34,107 bases of DNA. It comes from Octopus bimaculoides (lineage: Eukaryota). The DNA lies in NCBI RefSeq assembly GCF_001194135.2, contig NC_068981.1, positions 12,671,652 to 12,705,758 on the forward strand, in the 5' to 3' direction. The position numbers and the translations under genes were made by a program. Position 1 is the first letter of the stretch; each line of letters starts with the position of its first letter. Shown here in pieces: positions 1-10,499 of this stretch. The notes under the pieces are model-generated. The model did no database searches, was not told the DNA's origin, and was given only the letters and a program-made list of their open reading frames with translations.

Positions 1-36
1 ATAATAATGATAATAATAACAACAACAACAACAACA
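1..36. repeat. (ATA)n/(ACA)n trinucleotide microsatellite
   Basis: Read directly: ataataatgataataataacaacaacaacaacaaca. Confidence 0.95.
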
Positions 37-39
37 TCG

Positions 40-217
40 AAATATACCTTAGGAATGGGAACCCTGATTCGAAATTTCCCGAAGACACCTGATGATGGCT
101 GGAGGGTATATCAGCCGAAACGTCGTGTTAACAACAAACAAGATCAGCACAAATATCCGTCAATCGAAAATAATGTAAATAATGTACATAATTCCTCAAC
201 TCTTAAATATAGAACTA
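40..217 (+). mobile_element. Probable 3' end (pseudo-LTR) remnant of a Penelope-like element
   Basis: Carries a minimal hammerhead motif at 84-129 and runs into a TA/TG microsatellite at about 218. The PLE-HHR association is established; the family assignment and boundaries are inferred. Confidence 0.55.
84..129 (+). ncRNA. Minimal type I hammerhead ribozyme motif (dimer-type helix III)
   Basis: GACAC(84-88) CTGATGA(89-95) T GGCTGG-loop-TCAGCC(97-116) GAAA(117-120) C GTC(122-124) GTGTT(125-129). Helix I has 5 bp, helix II 6 bp; helix III is the ACGT palindrome; cleavage triplet GUC. Confidence 0.8.
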
Positions 218-1751
218 TATGTATTTATATATGTGTGTGTGTGCGTTTGTGTGTGTGTGGACGTGTCTATATGTGTTGGAGAGTGCGAATTTGCGCATAG
301 TATATGTATGTGGGGCTGTGTATAGTATGTGTGTGTGAGACTATTGGACGGGTACGTGTGCACACGTGTGTTTGTAGCAGCTCATGTGAGTAGCGTGTGT
401 ACATGTGAGTGAGTTTGTACATGAATTGTGTCTCTTCACCTTAAGTGTGTGCGGCACTATAGTATGCATGTGTACTGTATGTGCTTATACAGAAGATCAG
501 GTTGCACAAATTATACTCAGAGTAACTAGAAGATATTTTATTCTGATATACACTCGAGGGAGATAAGAGATATCCAGTGTATGTAATTTGGGAGTTCAAA
601 CAATACTTTTCAAAACATGGATGGAATTTATTGACTAACTTGTATAAAAGCTATTCATAAGCGATTACTTGGGGTTGCAGAGGGAAGTTATCTCTGTTAC
701 ATGTTAGTAGAAAGAGAAAAATAGCGTCATGTTTGGTTGTAAGAGCATGAATTGCATAAAAATTGAAATTTTACTTGACTGATTCTTCTTGTTGCTTACA
801 GAAACACATGCCCTAGTTGAGCGAACCTCTCGTCATATGCATTCAATTCAAGACTGACCTGTATTTACGTATAGAAAACTTCGAAATATATCATATATAC
901 AATGCATTGTTTTAGTAAGATAAGATTTGGCAACTTTAATCGAAACCTCATCATTACCTCGACCACAATAACGCTTTTGAGAGCTCTTTCTCATTTCCGT
1001 CTGTAGTTATTGCTTGTAAAACGAAATGTTATCTTAGCTTTTGGGGAGTGTTTAAGTTTAAATAAAGGAAGTGACAATGTCTTGTCATGTGTAATGTTTG
1101 CATAATTTTATTGGAAATTTTCCAATGGGCGGCTCGTACCATAGCTGGTCGTATCAAACTAATTGTTTGAGGACGAGATACGATCAAACACTCCGCCGAT
1201 AGCGCCTTCTTGAAAAAACAACCACCCGTCTTGATCACACTTTACAATAAATTTTCATGAAGAATGCTAAAATAATCCAAATAACGATTATTTAAATACG
1301 GAGTCACGCTGCACGATTGTAAAACATTGCATAATGTAATGCGAAGTATACTATATCTAATGTTTTATGCCTTCAACTTTTTTGATAAAATGTGTAAACA
1401 ATCAAGAATCACTTAGAGATGAAACTAATAATACGAGCAACTCAATAGCAACGTGCTGGACACAAATATTAGTTATTCTATAGCGGCTAACCACTTCATT
1501 TATCACTTATTTTGCCTACAATATTGTTGTGTGGACATCCCCAGGCGATAGGTAGGCTAGTCCAATACGTATAAATGGCTAGACGAAAATCGTCGAGCAG
1601 AACGCAGGAGCGAAAAATTGGAGTTGAGTTTGAGAAGGGACATATCGTGAGTGAATTGTTATTGAATATTGTTGTTGAAAATTTGTTGAAATTACTGATG
1701 TTATTAATTTTGTTGAAAATTTGAGAATTGTTTGTATACCTTGTGATATAA

Positions 1752-2814
1752 ATGCAGACTACGAGTTACGCGGCAGCGGCTGGCAAAATCCGGTCGGCTG
1801 ACGCTATGGAAATGAAAGAGGTGAACATAGAGATGAAAAAGATAAGGAGACATTTCGAATTTTTGAAGATGGAGGGAGACTGCCTTCGGGTTAGTCAACC
1901 GAAAGAAGTGATAGAAAAAGCAGAAAAGAGAATAGTAATGTATAAAACGTTAAATGTAACAACAAAAAGAATTGATATAGCGGAGGCCGACGAGATTGAG
2001 AAATGTTTAAGTGGAATTATGGAAGTGATAACATTCTACCCGATAGGAAAAAATTATGGTACAGTGGTGGTACATTTCAAAAGCGAGGAAGAAGCGAAGA
2101 AGTACTCGGATAAGTAGGCACTTTTGCCGGTGTAGTGCGGTAGAAGAGCAGCAAGAATAAGATTTGGGAGAATATCCCCCGAGATAGACGTAGGACGGCT
2201 GGTAGCAGCTGTGGTATATAATTGCAAGGGCGAGGTGGATATCGTGAAGGTGGAGAGATCAAAGGAGATTAACTGGTGGTGTTTTGGGTTAGAAATTGTA
2301 ACCCATATAACCCTACCAGACCTGCACAACATTGCAAAGGAGTTGGTGCTCCCCGACGACACACGACTGAGGGTCATGGTAGAGGGGAGGCCACCCGTAT
2401 ACTACAAATGTAGAAGTAGGGGACACATGCAAGCGGTGTGTCCCCGAAGAGAGGTACAGGTAGAGGAGGCAGGGGTCAGTGAAGGAGAAGTGGTAGAAGG
2501 TGAAAAGAAGCAGAAAGAAGAAAAACAGGTGAAAGAAGAAAAAGAGGAACAGGAGATAAATGTGGAGGAAACTGCAACAGGGAGAAAGAGAGCACGAACC
2601 GAATCGCCACCATAGAATGCCCCTAAAAAAGAAAAGGAAAAAGAAGACAGTGGAAGAAGAGGAAAATATTGAGAATCGAACCCAAGAACCTGAGGATAAA
2701 GATAAATATGCAAAAGACCCGAAAAGAGCAGCGAAAATCGAAGAATGGGAGAGGAAAGTAGAAGAGAGGTTGTACGAAGCAGAGATTTTTGAGACACCGA
2801 TAAGAAGACATTAA
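1752..2814 (+). pseudogene. Decayed LINE ORF1/gag-like protein (RRM-like region, CCHC zinc knuckle, acidic/basic tail)
   Basis: ORFs 1752-2117 and 2211-2615 share a frame, separated by TAG at 2115 and 2133. Motifs GTVVVHFKSEEEA and VEGRPPV-YYKCRSRGHMQAVCP (CX2CX4HX4C with first C>Y). A frameshift near 2615-2645 leads into the 2560-2814 frame. Confidence 0.7.
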
Positions 2815-2823
2815 CATACATTA

Positions 2824-3075
2824 ATGTACTATGAAAAAGATATAGAGATAGAACAAAAGATATCGAAAATAAGAAGGCTAAATAGAGTAAGGTTGGATCC
2901 GGTGATAATTGAAGGATATGATAAAGCTGCACCGTTAGAAGAGAACGTGATGAAGAGACTGAAAGAGATATATCCGGAAAATATTATAGCGAGTGGATTA
3001 CATGTGCGATATAATAATCTGCCAAAAGTCATAACGACAGAGGATCTATTGCCATATATAACTATTGAAGAATAA
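2824..3075 (+). CDS. Short ORF of unknown function inside the TG...CA element, possibly the continuation of the decayed ORF
   Basis: 83-aa ATG ORF with protein-like composition, same strand and purine bias as the upstream ORF; no recognised motif. Confidence 0.3.
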   Translation: MYYEKDIEIEQKISKIRRLNRVRLDPVIIEGYDKAAPLEENVMKRLKEIYPENIIASGLHVRYNNLPKVITTEDLLPYITIEE

Positions 3076-3617
3076 AAAGATCATAAACCTGTAAAAAGGC
3101 TGTGTAAGAGAACAATTAAATGAAACTGCAAGATTTGGGGGGCTTGTAAGACATTTCATCGTTTCATTGTAAGTAATTCATTTCATTCATCATTCGTTCT
3201 ATGTACCTCACGTTTTGTTTTGTCTATCTGTCCTCGAATGTCTATTCTGTGTTAAGGTTTAATGCCTATAATAAAGAGTACGTGCAGAAGAGCGAAACGG
3301 GGCCGTCGGTAGAGTAGACGTCGTGTTCGGTAAAGTCGAGTCGTCGGAAGTGAGAGTTGAGTAAAGGTCGTCCGCATGTGTGATATAACAAATATATGGC
3401 TTAAGTTCAAAAATATGACACCTTTCACAATATTTCTTAATGCATGTGATAGAATATTGTCATGTGTAAAATATAATTAAGAATAAAAGGAAATTATTTC
3501 ACCTGCTTGGAAATGCTCCCCATATTTTGACTTCATTTTTGCATTTATGCAAAAAGGATGAAAATTATTCTAAACAGACTATTATGTGTTGCATTTACTC
3601 TATATTATTCCGCACAG

Positions 3618-3802
3618 AAACTGGACATCAAGATATGAGAAACAACTATAAAGAGCTAATTGGTCGATTTATCAAAAGAAGCGTCCTAACAGAGGAAGCC
3701 AATCGAGAGAAAGGAAAATATAAACATCAAAGGAAAGTGTCAGAAACCGCTGAAGCGTTCATCGAACAGAACATTCTTAAAATGGCAATTCTGCAATTCT
3801 AG
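3618..3802 (+). CDS. Candidate terminal exon; segment resembles the TRPC/TRP-channel C-terminal helix
   Basis: Acceptor tattattccgcacAG (3616-3617), then ETGHQDMRNNYKELIGRFIKRSVLTEEANRE...LQF* open to TAG 3802. YKELIGRFIKRSVL resembles the TRPC YQKIMKRLIKRYVL pattern, judged by eye only. Confidence 0.3.
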
Positions 3803-5213
3803 AGAAAAACCCGTCAGAAAAGAAAGTCGATTAGATTTCTTTGGATTAATAAGAGCACACAGTATAGTGAGTAGCACATAAAATAACAATGTATATGGAA
3901 ACAAAACGCAGTGATAAGAAAAGCGATACCCGCTTTTGCTTACGGTTTTATTGTGTCTACACAGTTTCGTCTGATGTCTTGATGTTTGTTATTGTAACCA
4001 TTTCTATATTTAGAAGTATATTATTTGAATAAACCGAGCTTAATGCTAAATTAATTTATAGTAATCATTTCCCCGGCGTAAGAAGCAAATATTGCAAAAA
4101 ACGATCATAAAAGACTATCAAATTCACTCATATGAGAAGATAATTTACAAGATTTACTTTGAAAAGAACATGAAACAGCATAGTAACAATACCAGAGTGG
4201 AATGTGCATAGAAATATATTAGCATTAATACAAATAAGCAATGGTATTCATACTAGTGAAGCTAGGAATATACTATCCTAGATAGCTAAACATACGTAAA
4301 TCGTGGAAAAAGAAGCAACTTAATGTAACCAAACTGGAGTGGAATACTATATATTAAGCACAATATTCATTATGGACTGGAGAAGGTCAAACTTGATAAA
4401 CACTTGGTTGAGATTTTTGTCACCTTATGTAACTGGTATTAAAAAAAAAATCGGAAATATTCAAATGTAATGAGAATATATTAAAACTGCTGCTTCCATT
4501 TTATTCACTGACGAAAAAAGATTTTTCGATTAGGGTAATTGTTATATTTGAGGCTTGTGTGGTACGGATGATTTAAAACTGTTAGTCGTGGCACCGGGGT
4601 AACGAAAGTCGAATAATTTCAAACGGGAATATAAAATGTTAAATTTAATAGAAATGTAAAAATAGCAAAAAATATTTACTAGAAATATGGGAATCTATCC
4701 ACATCTGTTTGAAGTCGACTCACTTCGAAGGTGAATATAAAACGCTGAATTGGAAAAGAAATTTTTAAAAATGACAAGAATTATTTGTTGGAAAGTTGAG
4801 AATGTATCCACATCTTTTTGAACAGAAATGTTACAGAGAAATATACCCTCTTTAAGCAAGTCCCCAACAATATCATTAAGCATTACAACATAGACTCGAT
4901 GGATATAATACAATTTATGAACGAGCGACTGATAAATTAACACAGCTGAATGATACGTAATATGAAATGAGATCATACGCAATATACAATTGGATAAATT
5001 GAAGAAATTGTCATGTATCGTTGGGAATATAATTCTATTTTTCTCTTAGTCTTGGACAGAACTGAAGGAACTGCGGTAAATGTATAATTTCACATCCAAA
5101 TAACAGTTGCAGTGAAAATACGCATTAATGTCAGTGTATTCATTTGCAGAAAGAAAAATTATAGATAGCATTCTGAAGATGTACTCAGACAAACTCATTT
5201 CCTAGACAAGAAT

Positions 5214-5230
5214 CCATATATATGCATAAA

Positions 5231-5275
<45 letters not shown>

Positions 5276-5973
5276 NNNNNNNNNNNNNNNNNNNNNNNNN
5301 NNNNNNNNNNNNNNNNNNNNNNNNNNNNNNNNNNNNNNNNNNNNNNNNNNNNNNNNNNNNNNNNNNNNNNNNNNNNNNNNNNNNNNNNNNNNNNNNNNNN
5401 NNNNNNNNNNNNNNNNNNNNNNNNNNNNNNNNNNNNNNNNNNNNNNNNNNNNNNNNNNNNNNNNNNNNNNNNNNNNNNNNNNNNNNNNNNNNNNNNNNNN
5501 NNNNNNNNNNNNNNNNNNNNNNNNNNNNNNNNNNNNNNNNNNNNNNNNNNNNNNNNNNNNNNNNNNNNNNNNNNNNNNNNNNNNNNNNNNNNNNNNNNNN
5601 NNNNNNNNNNNNNNNNNNNNNNNNNNNNNNNNNNNNNNNNNNNNNNNNNNNNNNNNNNNNNNNNNNNNNNNNNNNNNNNNNNNNNNNNNNNNNNNNNNNN
5701 NNNNNNNNNNNNNNNNNNNNNNNNNNNNNNNNNNNNNNNNNNNNNNNNNNNNNNNNNNNNNNNNNNNNNNNNNNNNNNNNNNNNNNNNNNNNNNNNNNNN
5801 NNNNNNNNNNNNNNNNNNNNNNNNNNNNNNNNNNNNNNNNNNNNNNNNNNNNNNNNNNNNNNNNNNNNNNNNNNNNNNNNNNNNNNNNNNNNNNNNNNNN
5901 NNNNNNNNNNNNNNNNNNNNNNNNNNNNNNNNNNNNNNNNNNNNNNNNNNNNNNNNNNNNNNNNNNTACATAC

Positions 5974-6008
<35 letters not shown>

Positions 6009-6053
6009 TATATATACATACACACACACACACACGCACACATATATATACAT

Positions 6054-6143
<90 letters not shown>

Positions 6144-6170
6144 GTGTGTGTATATATATATATATATTTG
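5214..6170. repeat. (TA)n/(CA)n/(TG)n compound microsatellite spanning an assembly gap (N 5276-5966)
   Basis: Read directly. Confidence 0.95.
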
Positions 6171-6859
6171 CGTGTGGGTGAGAGTGTCTGAAGATTTATA
6201 TGAAAAAGAAAGGGAAAATAGGAGGGAAAACACGAAAACAAGGAACACAAGGGGTGTAGAAACATTCAAACAAACTTGACGGTAATAGATTCAGTAACTA
6301 TGAGTCACAAATGTGTACAGGTCATGGAACGAATAAAATCCAAAGGGATTTTGTTACATACTCTCAAATATTGCATATTAAAATAGCCACATTTGTAAAA
6401 CATTTCTAAATTCAAACGCAAAGTATTCGTGATATTGGTAAAACTTCAACTCACTCTATATTGATGAATTCATAAACAAATTGATTTTACTCTATATTTC
6501 TCTTACTACTGGAAGTATTCGAGAAACTTAGGAAGCTACGTACTACCTCTTTGCTTGGTTCTCTTTACTCATTATTTCGCATGAGTTCTACTTCAATAAA
6601 TTGCACATGAACGCTTGCCTAATATTTATTCCATGTATTTTAGCCTCTTTCGAAAAAAAAAAACTTTGTACACACGCCAAACTCTAGGCATTAGCTGCCT
6701 TCACTTATACTGTTTTGGGTGTGGTTTGTAAAAGGTTTGTACACTAATACTCGCTCTCTCCCTTCAAAACATTATATTTCACAGCCCATTTTTTTTAAGT
6801 CAACCATTTTCCCTCGGTGTAGCGGAGAGGTACATATAATCTATGTTGTGGTTTCATAG

Positions 6860-6900
6860 GATCGTGAATTGCGAAACAGGCTTCTGACAAATCCAGCAAG
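6860..6900 (+). CDS. Candidate 41-nt internal micro-exon (DRELRNRLLTNPA)
   Basis: ttgtggtttcatAG|GATCGT...CCAGCAAG|GTGACT. Only the phase-0 frame is open. No homology recognised. Confidence 0.25.
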
Positions 6901-8399
6901 GTGACTATCTGAAGACTTAAGCGATTCGTAAATTGTTTAAATTTTAAAAAATATATTAATTTAATAAAGAAGTGGAACAAAACCAGTGTGTATGTTTATT
7001 GTTAAAAAACGTCCAACCCAAGAAACATGAAAATCTATTTCAACACCCGAGTTCATATCAAGAATCTTGAAAATCAACCACAAAACCCCCACATATAAAT
7101 GTTTTTGACTATTTGTATCGAGAAAATATACAGGAATATTGTAGCTGTAGCAGATACTACAAACATATGCAGTAAAGAAGATCGTCTGCCAGGAAAGTTA
7201 AATATCAATGCAGCTGATTGATCGGTAAAAATTTGACGGTTATAAGTCATTCTATATTGTCGTGTTTTGGAGGTCACTTTCAAGTATAATTAATAAATTG
7301 TGAAAAGAATAAAAAAACTATATGCTTTGCTTTTGTATTGATTTCATCTTCAACTCTAATATCTAAAGGCCCACAGTATGTTTTAATCATACTCATGTCA
7401 CAAAATTATTGACAAGAATAGCTATATTATTAATTGTCTCTGAATGATGGAGCCCCTCTAACTTACAGAAGAAATTATGTATGTATCACACGTAATTTGA
7501 TGTTTCCATGCAATATTATTTCAGTGTTAATAATCTTCTTTGTCGATTATTTACTCCTTCACCTGTCACTGAATACAATTTCATTAATATCAAAGTAGTA
7601 AGAATTAAATTCAATACACTATGGCCATATTTCAAAAATTTATCATATTCAAGGAATGGCAGATCAAAGAGATTATTTAAAGCAATATAAACTTTAATCA
7701 GCATTATAGTAAAATTTATTGCTCTGAGCCACCATACAATTATTGGGTCTTCTATCATTTGCTCTAAGTAGTAAATTTACTAATTTCATTTCTTTACTTT
7801 GATCTTATTGTTTTGAGAAAAACGAAGTATTTATAGATTTTAATCATTGCTGCCAAAGCATTCGTTTGATTATCAGTAAAATAGATTGCTTGATTGTGTA
7901 GTTAATTGCGTTTGTTATATAATTTGTCTGTTAAACTACATGCAAGTATCTCAGCTGAATTACTCCAAACGATAGAATCTTCTCTACACTTTCCTCAGGG
8001 AAATTTCCTCTATTTATAAACACGTTATAAACTCCTATACCACCGTTTTACGTCATTTGTCTTTAATACATTTTATTCACCAGAGAGATAAAAATTGAAT
8101 TTACTGTGGTTATCAGAAAAACTAAATCTAGCCTCTGGTGTATTCTGGATGGGAAAAAATGCTGTTTTCTTTCAAGTACATCAAAAGTTATAAGCAACTT
8201 TCAAACAAAAATTCATGTGAATGAATGAAAGAAACATTCAGATTTCTCGGTTTAAGTTGGTAATAATCCTGCTTTCAAGTTTTCTTATCATTGAAAACTA
8301 TAGTACTGGATTATGATTTTCGTAATAATGCACATCTACATTCCTCATTTCGATTATTATGGCAACACATAGACACACATCCGCGATAGGATATACCTA

Positions 8400-8630
8400 T
8401 TAAGTATATGTCGGGTAATTATTTGATCGAACCGAAAGGAATGAAAGAGGAGTGCAACACTTTAATGTAGGACGTTTAGGTTTATATTTAACAATTCTTT
8501 CACTCTTCTGCAATTTAAAACAGTTTTATAACAGACACACAGGCCTTGGAATCATAGTGAGACGATGATTTAATACTTCATTGTTATTTTATTTTACCTC
8601 GGTTGGATTTGAAATTAAGCATCAAAGATT
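8400..8630 (+). mobile_element. Degenerate SINE body fragments
   Basis: Segments tttgatcgaaccgaaaggaatgaaag and acctcggttggatttgaaattaag resemble the abundant octopus SINE body as recalled from memory; not verified by search. Confidence 0.35.
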
Positions 8631-8726
8631 TTGTGGCGTTTTCCCTGACAACGATTTTATGCATTAGAAATGATACATCTCTAAATCTCTCAGAGGGACT
8701 TAAGCAGTAGTGATACGATAAAGTAG

Positions 8727-9051
8727 TTGTATGCTGCCAACGTAAAGTGACAGTCCCATGAAGGGAATCATACTACTGCTATTTAGCCCTAGGAAACTGC
8801 ACCGCTTCCTGTCGAGCTTGTCACATTTCTTGTGTCCTTGTGTTTACGAGGGGAAGAGAAGCACCTCCACCCAAATGGTGCTTTCTTTCAAATACACCTA
8901 GATTTAGGTGGAAGTGCTTGTATCCCCCTCGTAAACATAAGGACAGAGGAAATTTGTCAAGGACGACAGGAAGCTGTGCAGCTTCTTAGGGCTAAATAGC
9001 AGTAGTATGACTCTCTTCATGGAACTGTCACTTTAAGTTGACAGCATACAA
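8727..9051. repeat. Fold-back inverted repeat, 150-bp arms, 25-bp spacer
   Basis: Arms 8727-8876 and 8902-9051 align without gaps; 20 mismatches counted by hand (about 87% identity). Confidence 0.95.
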
Positions 9052-9329
9052 GGATTTTAGGAATACAAAATGAAAAAAACGGAAACACGTTGTAGAAATC
9101 ATCCTCCTACAGATAGCAAGACATTTTCTTCAAATAAAACTTAAACCATTAATAATAAGGAAAATCATATAGGACAATGAACTCCTACGTCGGTTATATC
9201 TGAAACAGATGGCGATCCTTGAAATATTTCGGGTGAAAAGTAAGGATTTTTTAATTATATAATAATAATAATATAAACAGTCGAAAAATTGGAGTATTAA
9301 AATATGTATATGGTTATTGACAATAACAT

Positions 9330-9830
9330 AAAAAATACTGAACACGTACTGGAAAGTCAATTTGAGGAATGAGCAAGTGTCTCCTCTGAAACGCATCCGT
9401 AACAGAGTGGACGAATCCAGTGCCCATATCACAAACGAGCGCCCTAGACTTGCTCCAAACCACTGCAAGTTGTGGCGACACGACCAAGTAGTGAAATCTC
9501 TACGTCGGAAACTGTGCAAATAGTGGGGGCTAGAGAGAGGCAAGACGTGGTATGAGCACAAACCGCAGCGAGTGGCAGAATCGGAGACTAGCAAAATCCT
9601 CTGGGATTTCCCAATCCAAACAAAGCAGGTACTAGAGTACAACAGACCGGACCTAGTGCTGGTGAAGGTACACCACAGATGCTATACAGTTGACGGTGCA
9701 TGCCCCTTTGACCCACGAATAGTTAGGAAGGAAGACGAAAAGATAGATAGATACAACCCACTTCAGCACGAAATATCCGGCTATGTAAGATGGAGACGGT
9801 GAAGATAGTGCCAGTTATTGTTGGGTCCTG
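9330..9830 (+). mobile_element. C-terminal restriction-like endonuclease region of an R4/Dong/NeSL-type non-LTR retrotransposon (5'-truncated, decayed)
   Basis: RHDQVV...WYEHKPQRVAESETSKILWDFPIQT...NRPDLVLV...CPFD...KEDEKIDRY..L, then KIVPVIVGSWG. This matches the RLE (PD..D) domain pattern. Short (TAA)n runs at about 9260 and 9882. Confidence 0.85.
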
Positions 9831-9914
9831 GGGTTTGAATAATTCACCTTTCGAAACATGGGTGTTTTGCTCAATTTATGGTAATAATAATAGTTTCTTT
9901 ATTTTCTGCAGAGA

Positions 9915-9980
9915 CAAATAAGATCACCATGACCATCAATGGTTCACACCGTCTTTCCGATCTGAAGCTGTATGCTTAGT
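9915..9980 (+). mobile_element. Small RT fragment of the same RLE clade
   Basis: Translates KITMTINGSHRLSDLKLYA*, matching the clade's FMDDLKLYA motif. Confidence 0.4.
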
Positions 9981-10499
9981 GCATTATCGTTTACTCCTAA
10001 CCATTGTCTCTAGTCGCTATCTTCTCTTCAATGTGAAAAACGAAGATGGAAAACAGTTGATAAGACTGTTACTCAAGAGGAAGTGGTCTATCTTTAATCT
10101 GTTCAGTGTTTTCCCCCACATAATTCCTTTCGCCAGTGTCACCTGGCAGAGGAAAATTAACTGTCGATCCCCATTAGATGCGGATGTAATTCAAATCAGT
10201 CGCACACAATAGGATGTTTTTTCTTATACGTGAAGCTTGCTACTGTATGAATGCGTGCAGTACGCTTTCGTAGTTTCATGCGCATCTCGAAATTCCCATC
10301 TAACGAGACTGCCGAGTCTGTAGATGCTGTCTTAACAGCAGCTGTAACACGCTAACGATTTATGGAAGTCAACTGTAGTTACCCCCGGCCACAATACACT
10401 TTCTATCGGGAAGGTAGTTCATATTTGTCGAACTCTATTCTTTCTCCACGGACTTCAATGTTCTTAACAGAGTAATTAGTTGTATGTGGGAGAAATATG

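Larger units (their letters stand above)
1525..3390 (+). mobile_element. 1.87-kb TG...CA element with 5-bp TSD (LTR/integrase-type signature), non-autonomous
   Basis: AATAT(1520-1524)|TGTTGTGT...ATATAACA|AATAT(3391-3395). CCAAT 1562-1566, TATAAAT 1570-1576, G6 tract 3137-3142 followed by TGTAAG at 3145, AATAAA 3270-3275. GC content is visibly higher than the flanks. Confidence 0.7.

Noticed and set aside
7-300. 97-aa ORF at the window start
   Set aside because: Made of microsatellites plus a repeat end carrying the HHR; no protein motif.
801-860. Strong splice acceptor followed by a short frame (also at about 5149)
   Set aside because: All frames stop within about 20 codons and there is no supporting homology; such acceptors are common in AT-rich DNA.
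1126-1197. tRNA-like fold (GGCGG/CCGCC ends, TCAAAC/GTTTGA stem)
   Set aside because: No proper T-loop (TTCRA) and irregular arm spacing; at most an old SINE relic.
3945-3990. Minus-strand GAAAC-TGT-GTA-GAC followed by AATAAA
   Set aside because: Resembles a PLE end, but no CTGANGA core can be identified.
5185-6269. Long ORFs spanning N runs and dinucleotide repeats (also near 15.5, 27.2, 30.1 and 30.9 kb)
   Set aside because: Produced by Ns and stop-free (TA/CA/TG)n translation (YIYI, THTH, VCVC); not genes.
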